A stretch of DNA of 64,000 bases from an uncultured Alphaproteobacteria bacterium (lineage in GTDB: Bacteria > Pseudomonadota > Alphaproteobacteria > GCA-2731375): positions 1,600,017-1,664,016 of the forward strand of contig CATOSZ010000001.1 of NCBI GenBank assembly GCA_951812805.1, in the 5' to 3' direction. Below are positions 1-9,355 of this stretch, one piece after another; position 1 is the stretch's first letter; each line of letters opens with the position of its first letter. Position numbers and translations under genes: made by a program. The notes beneath the pieces were generated by a model. That model saw only the letters and a list, made by a program, of their open reading frames with translations, did not search any database and was not told where the DNA came from.

Positions 1-368
1 ACGGCCCCGACGCTCGCCAGCAGGCCGAACAGGCCCCAGACCTCGCTCGCCTCGCCGATGAACAGCCAGCCGAAGGCGAAGATCAACGCCGGCACGAAGG
101 TCACGACGGCCGCGACGCCTTCGCGGCTGAGCCAGGAGGAACGCCATTGCGTCAGCGCGCGCCAGGCCCGTTCCGGGTGGCCGAGATGGAAGGTGGAGGA
201 GACCAGGCCGGCGGCGATGAACAGCAGGGCGACGAACATCGCCGGTGCGACGAAACCCGGCCGGTCGCTCAACAGCTGCAACGGGCCGAACAGGCCGAGC
301 CAAGCCAGCATGCCGTAGCCCATGCCGGAAACGGTGGTGAAGAAGATGATGGATGGCGCGGGATTCAT
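1..368 (-). CDS. Membrane anchor subunit of a DMSO-reductase-family complex (DmsC/YnfH-like), 3' end cut by the window edge
   Basis: Minus-strand ATG at 368 (plus 'cat' 366-368). It translates to MNPAPSIIFFTTVSGMGYGMLAWLGLF..., a polytopic hydrophobic protein. It lies immediately downstream of the Fe-S and catalytic subunits on the same strand. Confidence 0.55.
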   Translation of the reverse strand, partial: MNPAPSIIFFTTVSGMGYGMLAWLGLFGPLQLLSDRPGFVAPAMFVALLFIAAGLVSSTFHLGHPERAWRALTQWRSSWLSREGVAAVVTFVPALIFAFGWLFIGEASEVWGLFGLLASVGA

Positions 369-378
369 GGGCGGACAC

Positions 379-1113
379 TCAGGCCGAGAGGAGACGATCG
401 ATCCAGCCGAGGACGCCGCCGGGGCTTTCGGCGTCGGCAAGGACTTCATCGCCACCCTCGCCGCCCTTGCGGGCCGGACGGGGCGGCAGATACTTGTTGG
501 TCGGCGCGCAGCCCATCTCCGGCATCAGGTCGTAGCCGCCACGCTCGCGCGTGAGGCGCGAGACGTCGGAGTCGGGATCGTTGAAGTCGCCGTAATGGCG
601 GGCGTTTGCCGGACAGGTGGAAACACACGCGGGCACCCGTTCCACCTCTTCCAGGTTCTCGTTGTAGATCCGGTCGATGCAGAGGGTGCATTTCTTGATG
701 ACGCCGGCACTGGCGTCATATTCGCGCGCACCGTAGGGGCAGGCCCACGAGCAGAGCTTGCAGCCGATGCAAAGGTCCTCGTCGACCAGGACGATGCCGT
801 CCTCGGCCCGCTTGTAGCTGGCACCGGTCGGACAGACCGTGACGCAGGGGGCGTCGTCGCAATGCAGGCAGGACCGCGGAAAATAGACCGTCCGGCCGGC
901 GGCCCCTTCGCCGGCCTCGAAGGCGTGTACCCGGTTGAACCAGATGCCGTCCGTGCCGGCCGCGTAGGGCTGCTCGTCGGTCAGGGGCGCGTGATAGCCG
1001 CCGGTATTCCATTCCTTGCAGTTCACCGCGCAGGCGTGACAGCCGACGCAGGTGTCCAGGTCGATGACCAGGCCCAGCCGTTTCTCAGGCGCGCGCTCGG
1101 GAAGATCCGTCAT
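379..1113 (-). CDS. 4Fe-4S ferredoxin-type iron-sulfur (beta) subunit of a molybdopterin oxidoreductase
   Basis: Four CxxCxxCxxxCP-type cluster motifs (CVGCHACAVNC, CLHCDDAPCVTVCP, CIGCKLCSWACP, CTLCIDR...CVSTCP). ATG at 1113 overlaps the stop of the catalytic subunit. Confidence 0.85.
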   Translation of the reverse strand: MTDLPERAPEKRLGLVIDLDTCVGCHACAVNCKEWNTGGYHAPLTDEQPYAAGTDGIWFNRVHAFEAGEGAAGRTVYFPRSCLHCDDAPCVTVCPTGASYKRAEDGIVLVDEDLCIGCKLCSWACPYGAREYDASAGVIKKCTLCIDRIYNENLEEVERVPACVSTCPANARHYGDFNDPDSDVSRLTRERGGYDLMPEMGCAPTNKYLPPRPARKGGEGGDEVLADAESPGGVLGWIDRLLSA

Positions 1114-1114
1114 C

Positions 1115-4006
1115 TCAATTCCTCCGCCGGCGGAAATCGGCACCGTAATCCAGTCGGCCGACGCGGCCGCCGACACTCGGCGGCGGGGTCAGCGGCGCGG
1201 GCTTTGGCGACGTTTCGTCGCCCTCGCCCTCGCCCGCCTTCACGATCCGGATCCTGAGGTCGTACCAGGCCGCCTGACCGGTCACCGGATCGGCCAGGCC
1301 GTAACGGTGACCGCTTTCGTCCGCCGGCAACAACTCGTCGATGATGTGGTTCAACAGGAACCCCTCGCGCGCTTCCGGCGCGTTCGGGTCCAGGTTCCAG
1401 GCGCCGGCCCGCTTGCCGATGGCGTTCCAGGTCCACACCGTATCGGCGTTCACCCCCTCCATCAGCTTGGCCCGGGCCTTGACCCGGCCATGCCGGCTGA
1501 TCAGCCAGACCCAGTCCCCCTCGCCGATCCCCATGGCGCCGGCGCGCCCGCGTGGCAGGTAGATCGCGTTGGCGGCATGGATCTGCCGCAGCCATGCGTT
1601 CTGCGAGCCCCAGGAATGGTACATCGCCGCCGGACGCTGGGTGATCGCGTGGAAGGGATATTGTTCCAGGTCCTCGCTCGCCTGCTCCTCCAGCGGCGGG
1701 TACCAGATCGGCAGGGGATCGAAGTAGCGTTCGACCCGTTCGCGATGCCGATCGGGCGGCTGCACGGGACCATGGCCCCGGGCCGCTTGGCGGAAGCCGG
1801 CCAGGACCTCGCTATAGAGCTGCAGCACGATCGGCTCCGGCGCCGGGATGAAGCCGAGCCTTGCCGCCTTCTCCAGATAGGCCTTGTTGGCGTGCTTGTA
1901 ATAGCGCTCGTCCGGGGCCAGCTCGTGGCGCCAGAAGCACTGGTTGTCGATATAGGCCTGCAGCTGGTCCGGGTTGACCTCGCCCTTGCCCTCCGATTTG
2001 CCGTCGACGCCGCGGAAGCCGGCGAGCGAGCCGACGCCCGGCGTGCGTTCGTGATTGACGATATAGTCGGAATATCCGCCCGGATAGCGCGCCTTGCCCT
2101 CCTCCGTCGTCATCCCCGGCAGGCCGAGGCGGAAGCCGAGGTCGAGCAGGACGTCCTGGAAGGGACGCACGTCGCGGTCGGGCCGGAGCACCGGCTGGCG
2201 GATGGCGTCCGCCGCCCCGTCGGCGCCCGAGATCGGCCGGTCGAGCATCGAGATGCAGTCCCAGCGCTCGAGATAGGTCGTATCGGGCAGGATGATGTCG
2301 GCATAGGCCACCATCTCGGAATAGAAGGCGTCGACATAGAGGATCCGGGGGATCTTGTACTCACCGGTGTCCGGGTCCTTGTCGGTCAGCATCTCCGCGG
2401 TGCCGGTGGTGTTCATCGCCGAGTTCCAGGCCATGTTGGCCATGAACATGAAGAGCGTGTCGATTTTGTAGGGATCGCCCTTCCAGGCGTTGGTGATCAC
2501 CCGGTGCATGATGCCGTGGGCGGAGATCGGCGCCTCCCAGGAGAAGGCGTGATCGATCCGCCGCGGCGTGCCGTCCGCCTCGACCAGCAGATCCTCGGGC
2601 CCGAAGGTGAAGCCGAGCGGCGGGCCACCCATGGGCGAGCCGGCGGTGACCTGGTCGGGCTTGCCCGCGGGCTTCGGCCCGGGCGGGGCCGGCTTCGGGT
2701 ACGGCGGCTTGTAGCGAAAGCCGCCCGGCACGTCGATCGAGCCGAGCAACATCTGCAGCAAATGCAGGGCCCGGGTCGTATGGAAGCCGTTCGAATGGGC
2801 CGAGACGCCGCGCATGGCATGCATCGATACCGGGCGGCCGATCATCTTCTCGTGCCGGTGTCCGGTCCAGTCGGTCCAGGGCTGGTCGATCTCGATCTGT
2901 TCCTCGAAGGCGACCCGGGCCATCTCGGCGGCGATGCGCTGGATCGTCGCCGCGTCGATGCCGATTTCCCGTGCGACCTTCTCCGGCGCGTATTTGGCGT
3001 CGAGATAGCGTTCCGCCATCAGCTGGAAGGCCGGCACCGCCCGCCGCCCGTCGGCGAGCGTGACTTCGCCCTTGAGCGCCGGCGCCACGCCGGGCGCGCG
3101 TGCATTGGCCTCGGCGTCCGCGTTGCGGTCCCAGCACAGCGGGTTGCCGTCCCCGTCGCGGGCGAACAGCCCGTCCTCGGCCCCGCCCTCGTCGCGGATC
3201 ACCAGCCAGGGCGCGTTGGTATAGCGGATGAGATAGTCGACATCGACCTTACCGGCACGCAGCAGCTCATGCGCGAGGGAGAGCGCGAACAGTCCGTCGC
3301 GGCCGGGCCGGATCGGCAACCATTCGTCGGCGATCGCCGAATAGCCGGTGCGCACCGGATTGACCGAGATGAACTTGGCGCCCCGCGCCTTCAGGGTGGC
3401 GAGGCCGGTCTTGATCGGATTGCTGTCGTGATCCTCGGCGACGCCGAACATGATGAAATACTTGCTCTGTTCCCAGTCCGGCTCGCCGAACTCCCAGAAC
3501 GAGCCGCCGATGGTGTAGAGGCCGCCGGCCGCGATGTTGACGGAACAGAAGCCGCCGTGTGCGGCATAGTTGGGCGTGCCGAACTGGCTCGCCCACCAGC
3601 CGGTCAGGGCCTGGCTCTGGTCGCGGCCGGTGAAGAAAGCGAGCTTGCGGGGATCGTCCTTGCGGATTTCGCCCAACCACTCACTGGCCGTGGTCAAGGC
3701 CTCCTCCCACTCGATTTCCTTGAACTCCCCGCTGCCGCGCGGCCCGACGCGCTTCAGCGGTTTGGTCAATTTCGCCGGCGAGTTCTGGTGCATGATCCCG
3801 GCCGAACCCTTGGCGCAGAGCACGCCCTTGTTGACCGGATGATCGCGGTTGCCCTCGATATAGCGGATTTGCCCACCCTTCAGGTGAACCTTGATGCCGC
3901 AACGGCAGGCGCACATGTAGCAGGTCGTGTACTTCACCTCGTCCGATACATGCGGAGAGGTTTCCGCGGGCGCCGCAGGATGCGCCCAGCTTGCCGTTGA
4001 CGCCAC
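1115..4006 (-). CDS. Molybdopterin (bis-MGD) oxidoreductase catalytic subunit, DMSO reductase/polysulfide/tetrathionate reductase family
   Basis: 963-aa ORF with an N-terminal Cys cluster (TTCYMCACRCG) and molybdopterin oxidoreductase-like sequence throughout. GTG start at 4006 is preceded by GGGAGGAAGAGG. No RRxFLK twin-arginine motif is visible. Confidence 0.85.
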   Translation of the reverse strand: MASTASWAHPAAPAETSPHVSDEVKYTTCYMCACRCGIKVHLKGGQIRYIEGNRDHPVNKGVLCAKGSAGIMHQNSPAKLTKPLKRVGPRGSGEFKEIEWEEALTTASEWLGEIRKDDPRKLAFFTGRDQSQALTGWWASQFGTPNYAAHGGFCSVNIAAGGLYTIGGSFWEFGEPDWEQSKYFIMFGVAEDHDSNPIKTGLATLKARGAKFISVNPVRTGYSAIADEWLPIRPGRDGLFALSLAHELLRAGKVDVDYLIRYTNAPWLVIRDEGGAEDGLFARDGDGNPLCWDRNADAEANARAPGVAPALKGEVTLADGRRAVPAFQLMAERYLDAKYAPEKVAREIGIDAATIQRIAAEMARVAFEEQIEIDQPWTDWTGHRHEKMIGRPVSMHAMRGVSAHSNGFHTTRALHLLQMLLGSIDVPGGFRYKPPYPKPAPPGPKPAGKPDQVTAGSPMGGPPLGFTFGPEDLLVEADGTPRRIDHAFSWEAPISAHGIMHRVITNAWKGDPYKIDTLFMFMANMAWNSAMNTTGTAEMLTDKDPDTGEYKIPRILYVDAFYSEMVAYADIILPDTTYLERWDCISMLDRPISGADGAADAIRQPVLRPDRDVRPFQDVLLDLGFRLGLPGMTTEEGKARYPGGYSDYIVNHERTPGVGSLAGFRGVDGKSEGKGEVNPDQLQAYIDNQCFWRHELAPDERYYKHANKAYLEKAARLGFIPAPEPIVLQLYSEVLAGFRQAARGHGPVQPPDRHRERVERYFDPLPIWYPPLEEQASEDLEQYPFHAITQRPAAMYHSWGSQNAWLRQIHAANAIYLPRGRAGAMGIGEGDWVWLISRHGRVKARAKLMEGVNADTVWTWNAIGKRAGAWNLDPNAPEAREGFLLNHIIDELLPADESGHRYGLADPVTGQAAWYDLRIRIVKAGEGEGDETSPKPAPLTPPPSVGGRVGRLDYGADFRRRRN

Positions 4007-4097
4007 TTACCTCTTCCTCCCGGGCTCGCGCGTGAGTGGGCCGGACTGTACCCGCCGCCGGGCGCGGCCGGCAAGGGACGTTTGTCCGGCCCGTCGC

Positions 4098-5219
4098 TCA
4101 GTCGTCTGTCGAAGTGTCGTCGCCGTCCAGGCTGCGCAGCGCAAATCCGTAGGGCGGTTGCCAGGCCGCCTTGTCCGGATCGATGCCGAGCGAATCGGCC
4201 GCATGCAGGGGCCAGTTCGGATTCCAGATTGTCGGACGGACGAGGGCCACGAGCTCACCCAACCCGTCGGAAAGCGCGGCCTCGGAATCGACGTGCCCCT
4301 CGAGGCCACCGCCCACCATCACCGGCAGGCCGACCTCGCGGCGGATGGCGCGGGCCGTCGCCGCCTGTGCGCCATCGACGATGCCGTCCCCGGCCGCGAT
4401 CGGGCTGGCCCCGGAGGCGAGATCGATCACGTCGACGCCGGCTTGTTGCAACTCGTCGGCGAAGGCAACGGAATCCGCGACCCGCCAGCCGACCCTGCCG
4501 CTATCGACCGGTGCGGCGCGATAGAACAATGGCCGATCTTCCGGCCAGGCGGACCGTACGACCTCCGCCAGTTGCACCGGGAAGCTGATACGGGATTCCA
4601 CCACGCCGCCGTATTCATCGCCGCGCTTGTTGTCCTGGGGCGAGAGGAAGGCATGCGGGATGGTGCCGCGCCCGCCGTGAATCTCCAAGACGTCGAAGCC
4701 GGCCTCCGCACCGCGCCGCGCCGCCTGTTCGTAAATGCCGAGCAGTTCCTCGAGATCCTCGCGTGCGTATTCATGCGCGAGTGGATCCGACGCCACCTCG
4801 GTCATCGCCGGGTCCATGTCCCAGATCCCGAGGTTGGCCACATAAGGATCGACATCGCCTTCGGGCTCGTCCCAGGGCCGGAGGTTCAGCATGTCGTCGC
4901 CCCGGCAGGTCAGCTGGAGACCGACGGCCACCCCTTGCTGGTGTAGGAAATCCGTCAACCGGCGCAGCGCCACGATCTGCTCGTCCTGCCAAATGCCCAC
5001 CGCGCCTTGGAACATGCGGCCTTGCCGAGAGATGGCCGCCGCCTCGAGAAAGACGAGGGCCGAACCGCCGGCGGCGATCCGGCTCAGATGCGTCAAATGC
5101 CAATCACCGACCGTGCCGGCGACAGCCGAATAGGTCGCCATCGGTCCGAAAACGATACGATTGTCGAGGGTCAGGCCGCGAATCTCCAGCGGCGAGAACA
5201 GTTGTGGATCCCCGGGCAT
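4098..5219 (-). CDS. NADH:flavin oxidoreductase, Old Yellow Enzyme family
   Basis: 373 aa with the OYE TIM-barrel pattern (…GPMATYSA…HGGRGTIPHAFLSP…). ATG at 5219 with a GGAG RBS. Confidence 0.9.
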   Translation of the reverse strand: MPGDPQLFSPLEIRGLTLDNRIVFGPMATYSAVAGTVGDWHLTHLSRIAAGGSALVFLEAAAISRQGRMFQGAVGIWQDEQIVALRRLTDFLHQQGVAVGLQLTCRGDDMLNLRPWDEPEGDVDPYVANLGIWDMDPAMTEVASDPLAHEYAREDLEELLGIYEQAARRGAEAGFDVLEIHGGRGTIPHAFLSPQDNKRGDEYGGVVESRISFPVQLAEVVRSAWPEDRPLFYRAAPVDSGRVGWRVADSVAFADELQQAGVDVIDLASGASPIAAGDGIVDGAQAATARAIRREVGLPVMVGGGLEGHVDSEAALSDGLGELVALVRPTIWNPNWPLHAADSLGIDPDKAAWQPPYGFALRSLDGDDTSTDD

Positions 5220-5304
5220 GGCCTACTCCAGATGGGCGGCGCGTCGCTAATCCCAACGAGCCTAGCACACCTGTGCCCCGGCGGGCCATGGAGAGTGTGA
5301 GAAA

Positions 5305-6756
5305 TCAGCAGTTCTCATTATGGCTCTTGTTTCTGTCTCCTGGGTGATACTCGCTTGGGGTTCGGTTTCGGTTCAGAGGCTGGCTCTGGCAGGCGGTGGC
5401 TGCCCAGTGATGAGGGTCCGCACGAGGGCCGCCCAGGAGGGGAAGACGATGTAGCTGGTAATGGTGCGTAAGTGTTCGAAGAAGCGCCGACGTGAGCCAA
5501 GGGCGCCGCGGGCCTTTTCCCAGACGGCTTCGAGGATCTCGCACACGCCGTGGCAGGCGAAGGCGAAGAGGTTCATGGTGGCGAGCAGGGCCGAGAGGTT
5601 CTGTTTGCCATGTCCGAAGTTGTGCTCGAGATTGTAGCCGTTGTTCTTGAGCACGTTGAAGGTCTCGTTCTCGATCTTCCAACGGGCCCGCCCGCAGGCG
5701 GCGAGTTCGGCGACGTTGCTCCGGTCGACAGCGATGTCGGTGACGAAGCTGTTGCGGTACGTGACCTTTCCGGCCTTGTTGACGATCTCGATGTTGAGCC
5801 AGTTGACCCGGAGCGCGTCCTTACCGTCGCGGATCGGCACGTCGGCGAGCCAACGGTAGCGATGGGTCTGGAAGCCACGGCCTTTCTTGACCCGTTCCTC
5901 GTGGATCGGCAGTTCGATGCCGTCGAGCCATTCGTGGAGCGTCGGATGCGAGCCTGGCTTGGCGACGAACAGGAAGTTGCCGCCAACCGCTTGAACGGCC
6001 TCGCAAATCGGCTGGCGGGAATAGAGATCGTCGCCGAGATAGATCGGCTTCAGCCGGGCCAGGCCGGGCCCGTGCGCGACCAGCCAGCGCCGCGTCGCCC
6101 GGCTTTCGCAGTCCTGCTTCTCCCCGCCATCCTGGGGAACGACGAACTCCGGAGCCAGCGGTATCGCCCGGGCGTGGCCCGGGGCGACAAGCGCTGCCGT
6201 GACCATGTTGTGGTGATACTCCACGGCCCCGTCGTTGCGCTTGCGCTGCGAGCAGTTGGGGCAGGAGATCTTCCGCGAGCAGAAATATTCGGTGCCGTCG
6301 AGCGCGACCAGGAGATGGCCGTCCAGGCGTCGGAAGGGGCCGAGCCCACCGCCCGCCTCCAGACGTTCCAGCAGGGACGAGAAGAGCGGATAGAGCCTGT
6401 CCGGCACCACCGGGTCCAGCATCGCCCGGATCTGGTTGTCCGTCGGGATCCGCGACATGGAGAACAAGCTCTCACAATTCGAGCGCCCGTGCGCCCGCGC
6501 CAACGTGCGCTGATGGGACAGGAACGAGGGGCTCTGCATGAAGAACAGCGAGAAGGCCGAAAGCCCGAAGTCGGCCATGTCATAGCGGCTGTTGCTCCCC
6601 GTCCGCTTGTCCGGGAAGGACCCGCAGAGCGAGCGCAACTCCAATATCAGGTCTTTGAGCACCTTCATCGCCACTTTGAATCAGAAACCGGGCTCCTTGC
6701 ATAGGAAAAAATCAACGCAAATCGCCAAAATGAGAATTGCTGTCTACAGCCTGGGG
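5305..6756 (-). mobile_element. IS element (about 1.45 kb) carrying one DDE transposase; terminal IR approximately GCCAWAATGAGAAYTGCTG
   Basis: Imperfect inverted repeats at 5305-5326 (cagcagttctcattatggc) and 6738-6756 (gccaaaatgagaattgctg) flank the transposase ORF. Confidence 0.4.
5373..6668 (-). CDS. DDE transposase (IS4/IS701/ISNCY-like; family not resolved)
   Basis: 431 aa. The pattern VALDGTEYFCS…CPNC…YHHNMV…WKIENETFNVLKN is typical of IS4-superfamily transposases. Both ends of the ORF are flanked by IRs. Confidence 0.8.
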   Translation of the reverse strand: MKVLKDLILELRSLCGSFPDKRTGSNSRYDMADFGLSAFSLFFMQSPSFLSHQRTLARAHGRSNCESLFSMSRIPTDNQIRAMLDPVVPDRLYPLFSSLLERLEAGGGLGPFRRLDGHLLVALDGTEYFCSRKISCPNCSQRKRNDGAVEYHHNMVTAALVAPGHARAIPLAPEFVVPQDGGEKQDCESRATRRWLVAHGPGLARLKPIYLGDDLYSRQPICEAVQAVGGNFLFVAKPGSHPTLHEWLDGIELPIHEERVKKGRGFQTHRYRWLADVPIRDGKDALRVNWLNIEIVNKAGKVTYRNSFVTDIAVDRSNVAELAACGRARWKIENETFNVLKNNGYNLEHNFGHGKQNLSALLATMNLFAFACHGVCEILEAVWEKARGALGSRRRFFEHLRTITSYIVFPSWAALVRTLITGQPPPARASL

Positions 6757-6815
6757 GAAGTGATCCTGGGCTGAGCATCGGCTAGAATTCCCGCGATAGG
6801 CGCGATGGGTGGGGC

Positions 6816-8750
6816 ATGGTGGACGGCGGGCCGACACGGAGACTGACGACGATCCTCGCCGCCGATGTCGCCGGGTACAGCCGCCTGGTCGCCGCGGACG
6901 AGGAAGGCACACTCGCCCGGCTCGGGGACTATCGCCGCGGGCTGATCGACCCGAAGCTCGCCGGCTATCGTGGCCGCGTCGCTAACACGGCGGGCGACAG
7001 CCTGCTGATCGAATTCCCGAGCGTCGTCGACGCGTTGCGCTGCGCGCGCGAGATCCAGGCCGCCGTGGCCACCGCCAACGCCGACCTGCCGGAGGACGAG
7101 CGCCTGCACTTCCGCATTGGCCTCAACGTCGGCGACGTGGTCGAGGCGGGCGCGGACCTGCTCGGCGACGGGGTCAACGTCGCCGCCCGCCTGGAGGGCC
7201 TGGCGGAGCCGGGCGGCATCTGCCTTTCGCGCGCCGTTCGCGACCAGATCCGCGACCGCATGGACGTGTCGTTGGAGAACCTGGGCGAGGTCGAGGTGAA
7301 GAACATCGAGCGGCCCGTGCGGGCCTTCCGTGTCGCGGGGAAAGGCGCTGTGCCTCTGCCGCCTTCCGCGCCGACGGCGCGCCGCAAACTCCCGGTAGCA
7401 CTCGGTCTTCTCGTCCTTCTCGCCGTCGCGGCCGGCGGGGGCTGGTGGTGGCAGTCGGGGGCCGACGTCGCCCCCGGCGCCCCCGGCGAGGCGGTGCTTC
7501 CGCTGCCCGACAAGCCGTCGATCGCCGTGTTGCCGTTCGACAATCTCTCCGGCGACCCGGAACAGGCCTATTTCGCCGACGGCATGGCCGAAGACATCAT
7601 CACCGACCTCTCGAAACTCGACGGCCTGTTCGTCATCGCGCGCAATTCCTCGTTCCGTTATCGGGGTGGGGCGGTCGACCTGAAGGCGGTCGGGCGCGAG
7701 CTCGGCGTCAGATACGTGCTGGAGGGCTCGGTCCGCCGGGCCGGCGACGCCGTGCGGATCAACGCCCAGCTGATCGACGCGCAATCCGGCGGCCACCTTT
7801 GGGCGGATCGCTACGACGGCTCGCGGGCGAACGTCTTCGCGTTGCAGGACAAGGTGACGGCCGAGGTGGTCGCCGCGCTGGCCCTGAAACTCGATCCCGA
7901 GGCGAAGGCCCGCCTTGCCGCGCATGACGCCGGCAATCCGGAAGCCCACGACGCCTATCTCAAGGGCTGGCGGTTGATGCAGGTGGAGTCCCTGGAAAAC
8001 CTGCGTGCCGCCGAGCCCTATCTGAAGCAGGCGGTCGAGTTGGACCCGGGCCATGGCCGGGCGCATGCGGCGCTGGCATGGCTCTACTACGCCACGACCA
8101 TCATCGCGCGTGAATGGTACCCGGACTTCGGCTTCCTCTTCGCCTCCGACGCGGTCGCCCGCGCCCGCGGCCTGCTTGCCGTAGCGCTTCGCACCCCCTC
8201 CGCCTATGCGCACGGCGTCGAGGGTCGAATGCTTCGCTTTGCCTTGAAATCCGAGGACGCGCTTGCCGCGTTCGACCACGCGCTCCGCCTCAATCCCAAC
8301 GATGCCGGCACGCTCGCCTATCTCGCCGATACGCTGAACCGGCTGGGGCGGCCGGGCGAGGGGCTGGCGCATGCGGCGCGAGCACTCCGTCTCGATCCGA
8401 GGGGACCGGCCGTCTACCGGAAGGTGTTGGGGCAATTGCGCTTCGCCACCGAGGACTATGCGGGCGCGGTCGAGATCCTGGCGCCGGCGCTCCGGGACGA
8501 GCCGGACGACCTGTTCTCGCACTACTATCTGGTGGCCGCGCTCGGCTATCTCGGCCGAAAGGAAGACGCCGTGGCCGCCATCCGTCATTTCGACGAGCAG
8601 GTGGTGCCGGCCTATCTGCGGGCGGCGGACAACACGTTCAACATGGCCTGGGCACCCATGAGGGCGGGACACCTGGAACATGCCAAGTTGCTATCCAAGC
8701 GTCAGAAACAACAAATCCACGAGGGTCTGAGGCGCACCGGCGCGTTGTAG
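6816..8750 (+). CDS. Class III adenylate/guanylate cyclase with a TM segment, TolB-N-like domain and TPR repeats (paralog 1 of 5)
   Basis: N-terminal CYCc motifs (LAADVAGYSRL…NTAGDSLLIEF…GLNVGDVV…GDGVNVAARLE). One TM segment (LLVLLAVAAGGGWWW). TolB_N-like motif PSIAVLPFDNLSGDPEQAYFADGMAEDIITDLSK. C-terminal TPR region. Confidence 0.85.
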   Translation: MVDGGPTRRLTTILAADVAGYSRLVAADEEGTLARLGDYRRGLIDPKLAGYRGRVANTAGDSLLIEFPSVVDALRCAREIQAAVATANADLPEDERLHFRIGLNVGDVVEAGADLLGDGVNVAARLEGLAEPGGICLSRAVRDQIRDRMDVSLENLGEVEVKNIERPVRAFRVAGKGAVPLPPSAPTARRKLPVALGLLVLLAVAAGGGWWWQSGADVAPGAPGEAVLPLPDKPSIAVLPFDNLSGDPEQAYFADGMAEDIITDLSKLDGLFVIARNSSFRYRGGAVDLKAVGRELGVRYVLEGSVRRAGDAVRINAQLIDAQSGGHLWADRYDGSRANVFALQDKVTAEVVAALALKLDPEAKARLAAHDAGNPEAHDAYLKGWRLMQVESLENLRAAEPYLKQAVELDPGHGRAHAALAWLYYATTIIAREWYPDFGFLFASDAVARARGLLAVALRTPSAYAHGVEGRMLRFALKSEDALAAFDHALRLNPNDAGTLAYLADTLNRLGRPGEGLAHAARALRLDPRGPAVYRKVLGQLRFATEDYAGAVEILAPALRDEPDDLFSHYYLVAALGYLGRKEDAVAAIRHFDEQVVPAYLRAADNTFNMAWAPMRAGHLEHAKLLSKRQKQQIHEGLRRTGAL

Positions 8751-8759
8751 GCGCGGTCG

Positions 8760-9248
8760 CTAGAGCCTGCCGCCCTTCAGCCATTTCAGTTGCCAGCGGC
8801 CGTCCTGGGCCTCGGCTTCGAAGGCGAAGACCACGGTGCCCGCCTCGAAGCCGGCGCGCACCGTGCCGCCGCCCCACATCCAGCCGTCGCCCTGCTGGAA
8901 CTCGAATCCATCGAGGCCCTCGTAGGTGACGAGTTTGCCGAGCCCCCGCCAGCGCGCCAGCAGCTTTTCGCCCTCGGCCTGGTCCAGGCTCTCGCGGAAT
9001 ATCGGATTGGCGAAGGAATCGAAGGCGTCGGCGGTCCAGCCGTCGGCCGCCACGCTTTCGAACATCGGCTCGAGGAAGAGATCCAGCCGGGCCCGCTCCT
9101 CGGCAGCACCACTGAGCGCGACGACGAAGAGGGCGACGGCGCCGGCCAGCCCGAGCACCGGTGCGGCGACGAGGGCCGCGACCACCAGCTTCGCCTTGCC
9201 GCCGAGCGCCCGCCAGAAACCGCCGATACCCTTGCCGTCGCCCGCCAT
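8760..9248 (-). CDS. Hypothetical membrane-anchored protein
   Basis: ORF with an N-terminal hydrophobic helix (KLVVAALVAAPVLGLAGAVALFVVAL). High GC3. The start is uncertain (ATG 9248 or ATG 9302). Confidence 0.4.
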   Translation of the reverse strand: MAGDGKGIGGFWRALGGKAKLVVAALVAAPVLGLAGAVALFVVALSGAAEERARLDLFLEPMFESVAADGWTADAFDSFANPIFRESLDQAEGEKLLARWRGLGKLVTYEGLDGFEFQQGDGWMWGGGTVRAGFEAGTVVFAFEAEAQDGRWQLKWLKGGRL

Positions 9249-9355
9249 CGTACGGCCCCCGCCATTGTCCCCGACCGCGAGGGTCCCCCGGGCAGCCGGC
9301 ATCGTCAAGCCGTCGCGCGATTGACGCCGAATGCGAAACGACGGGATGATGTCGC

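Noticed and set aside
1052-4000. 982-aa plus-strand ORF
   Set aside because: It is antisense to the molybdopterin oxidoreductase gene, has Arg/Gly/Ala-rich low-complexity composition and no family resemblance. This is a typical high-GC antisense artefact.
5299-5347. 19-codon ORF MESVRNQQFSLWLLFLSPG and 8-codon MEGVRNTG at 26589 inside the 36-bp repeat; ATGGAGAGT also begins at 12973 upstream of the avidin gene
   Set aside because: The ATGGAG(R)GT resemblance is short and lies inside a repeat. The micro-ORFs are not conserved in length between copies, so they are more likely an accident of repeat sequence than leader peptides. The avidin start is better placed at 12982 with a GGAGAG RBS.
6744-8681. 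645-aa minus-strand ORF
   Set aside because: Antisense to cyclase paralog 1, with low-complexity translation.
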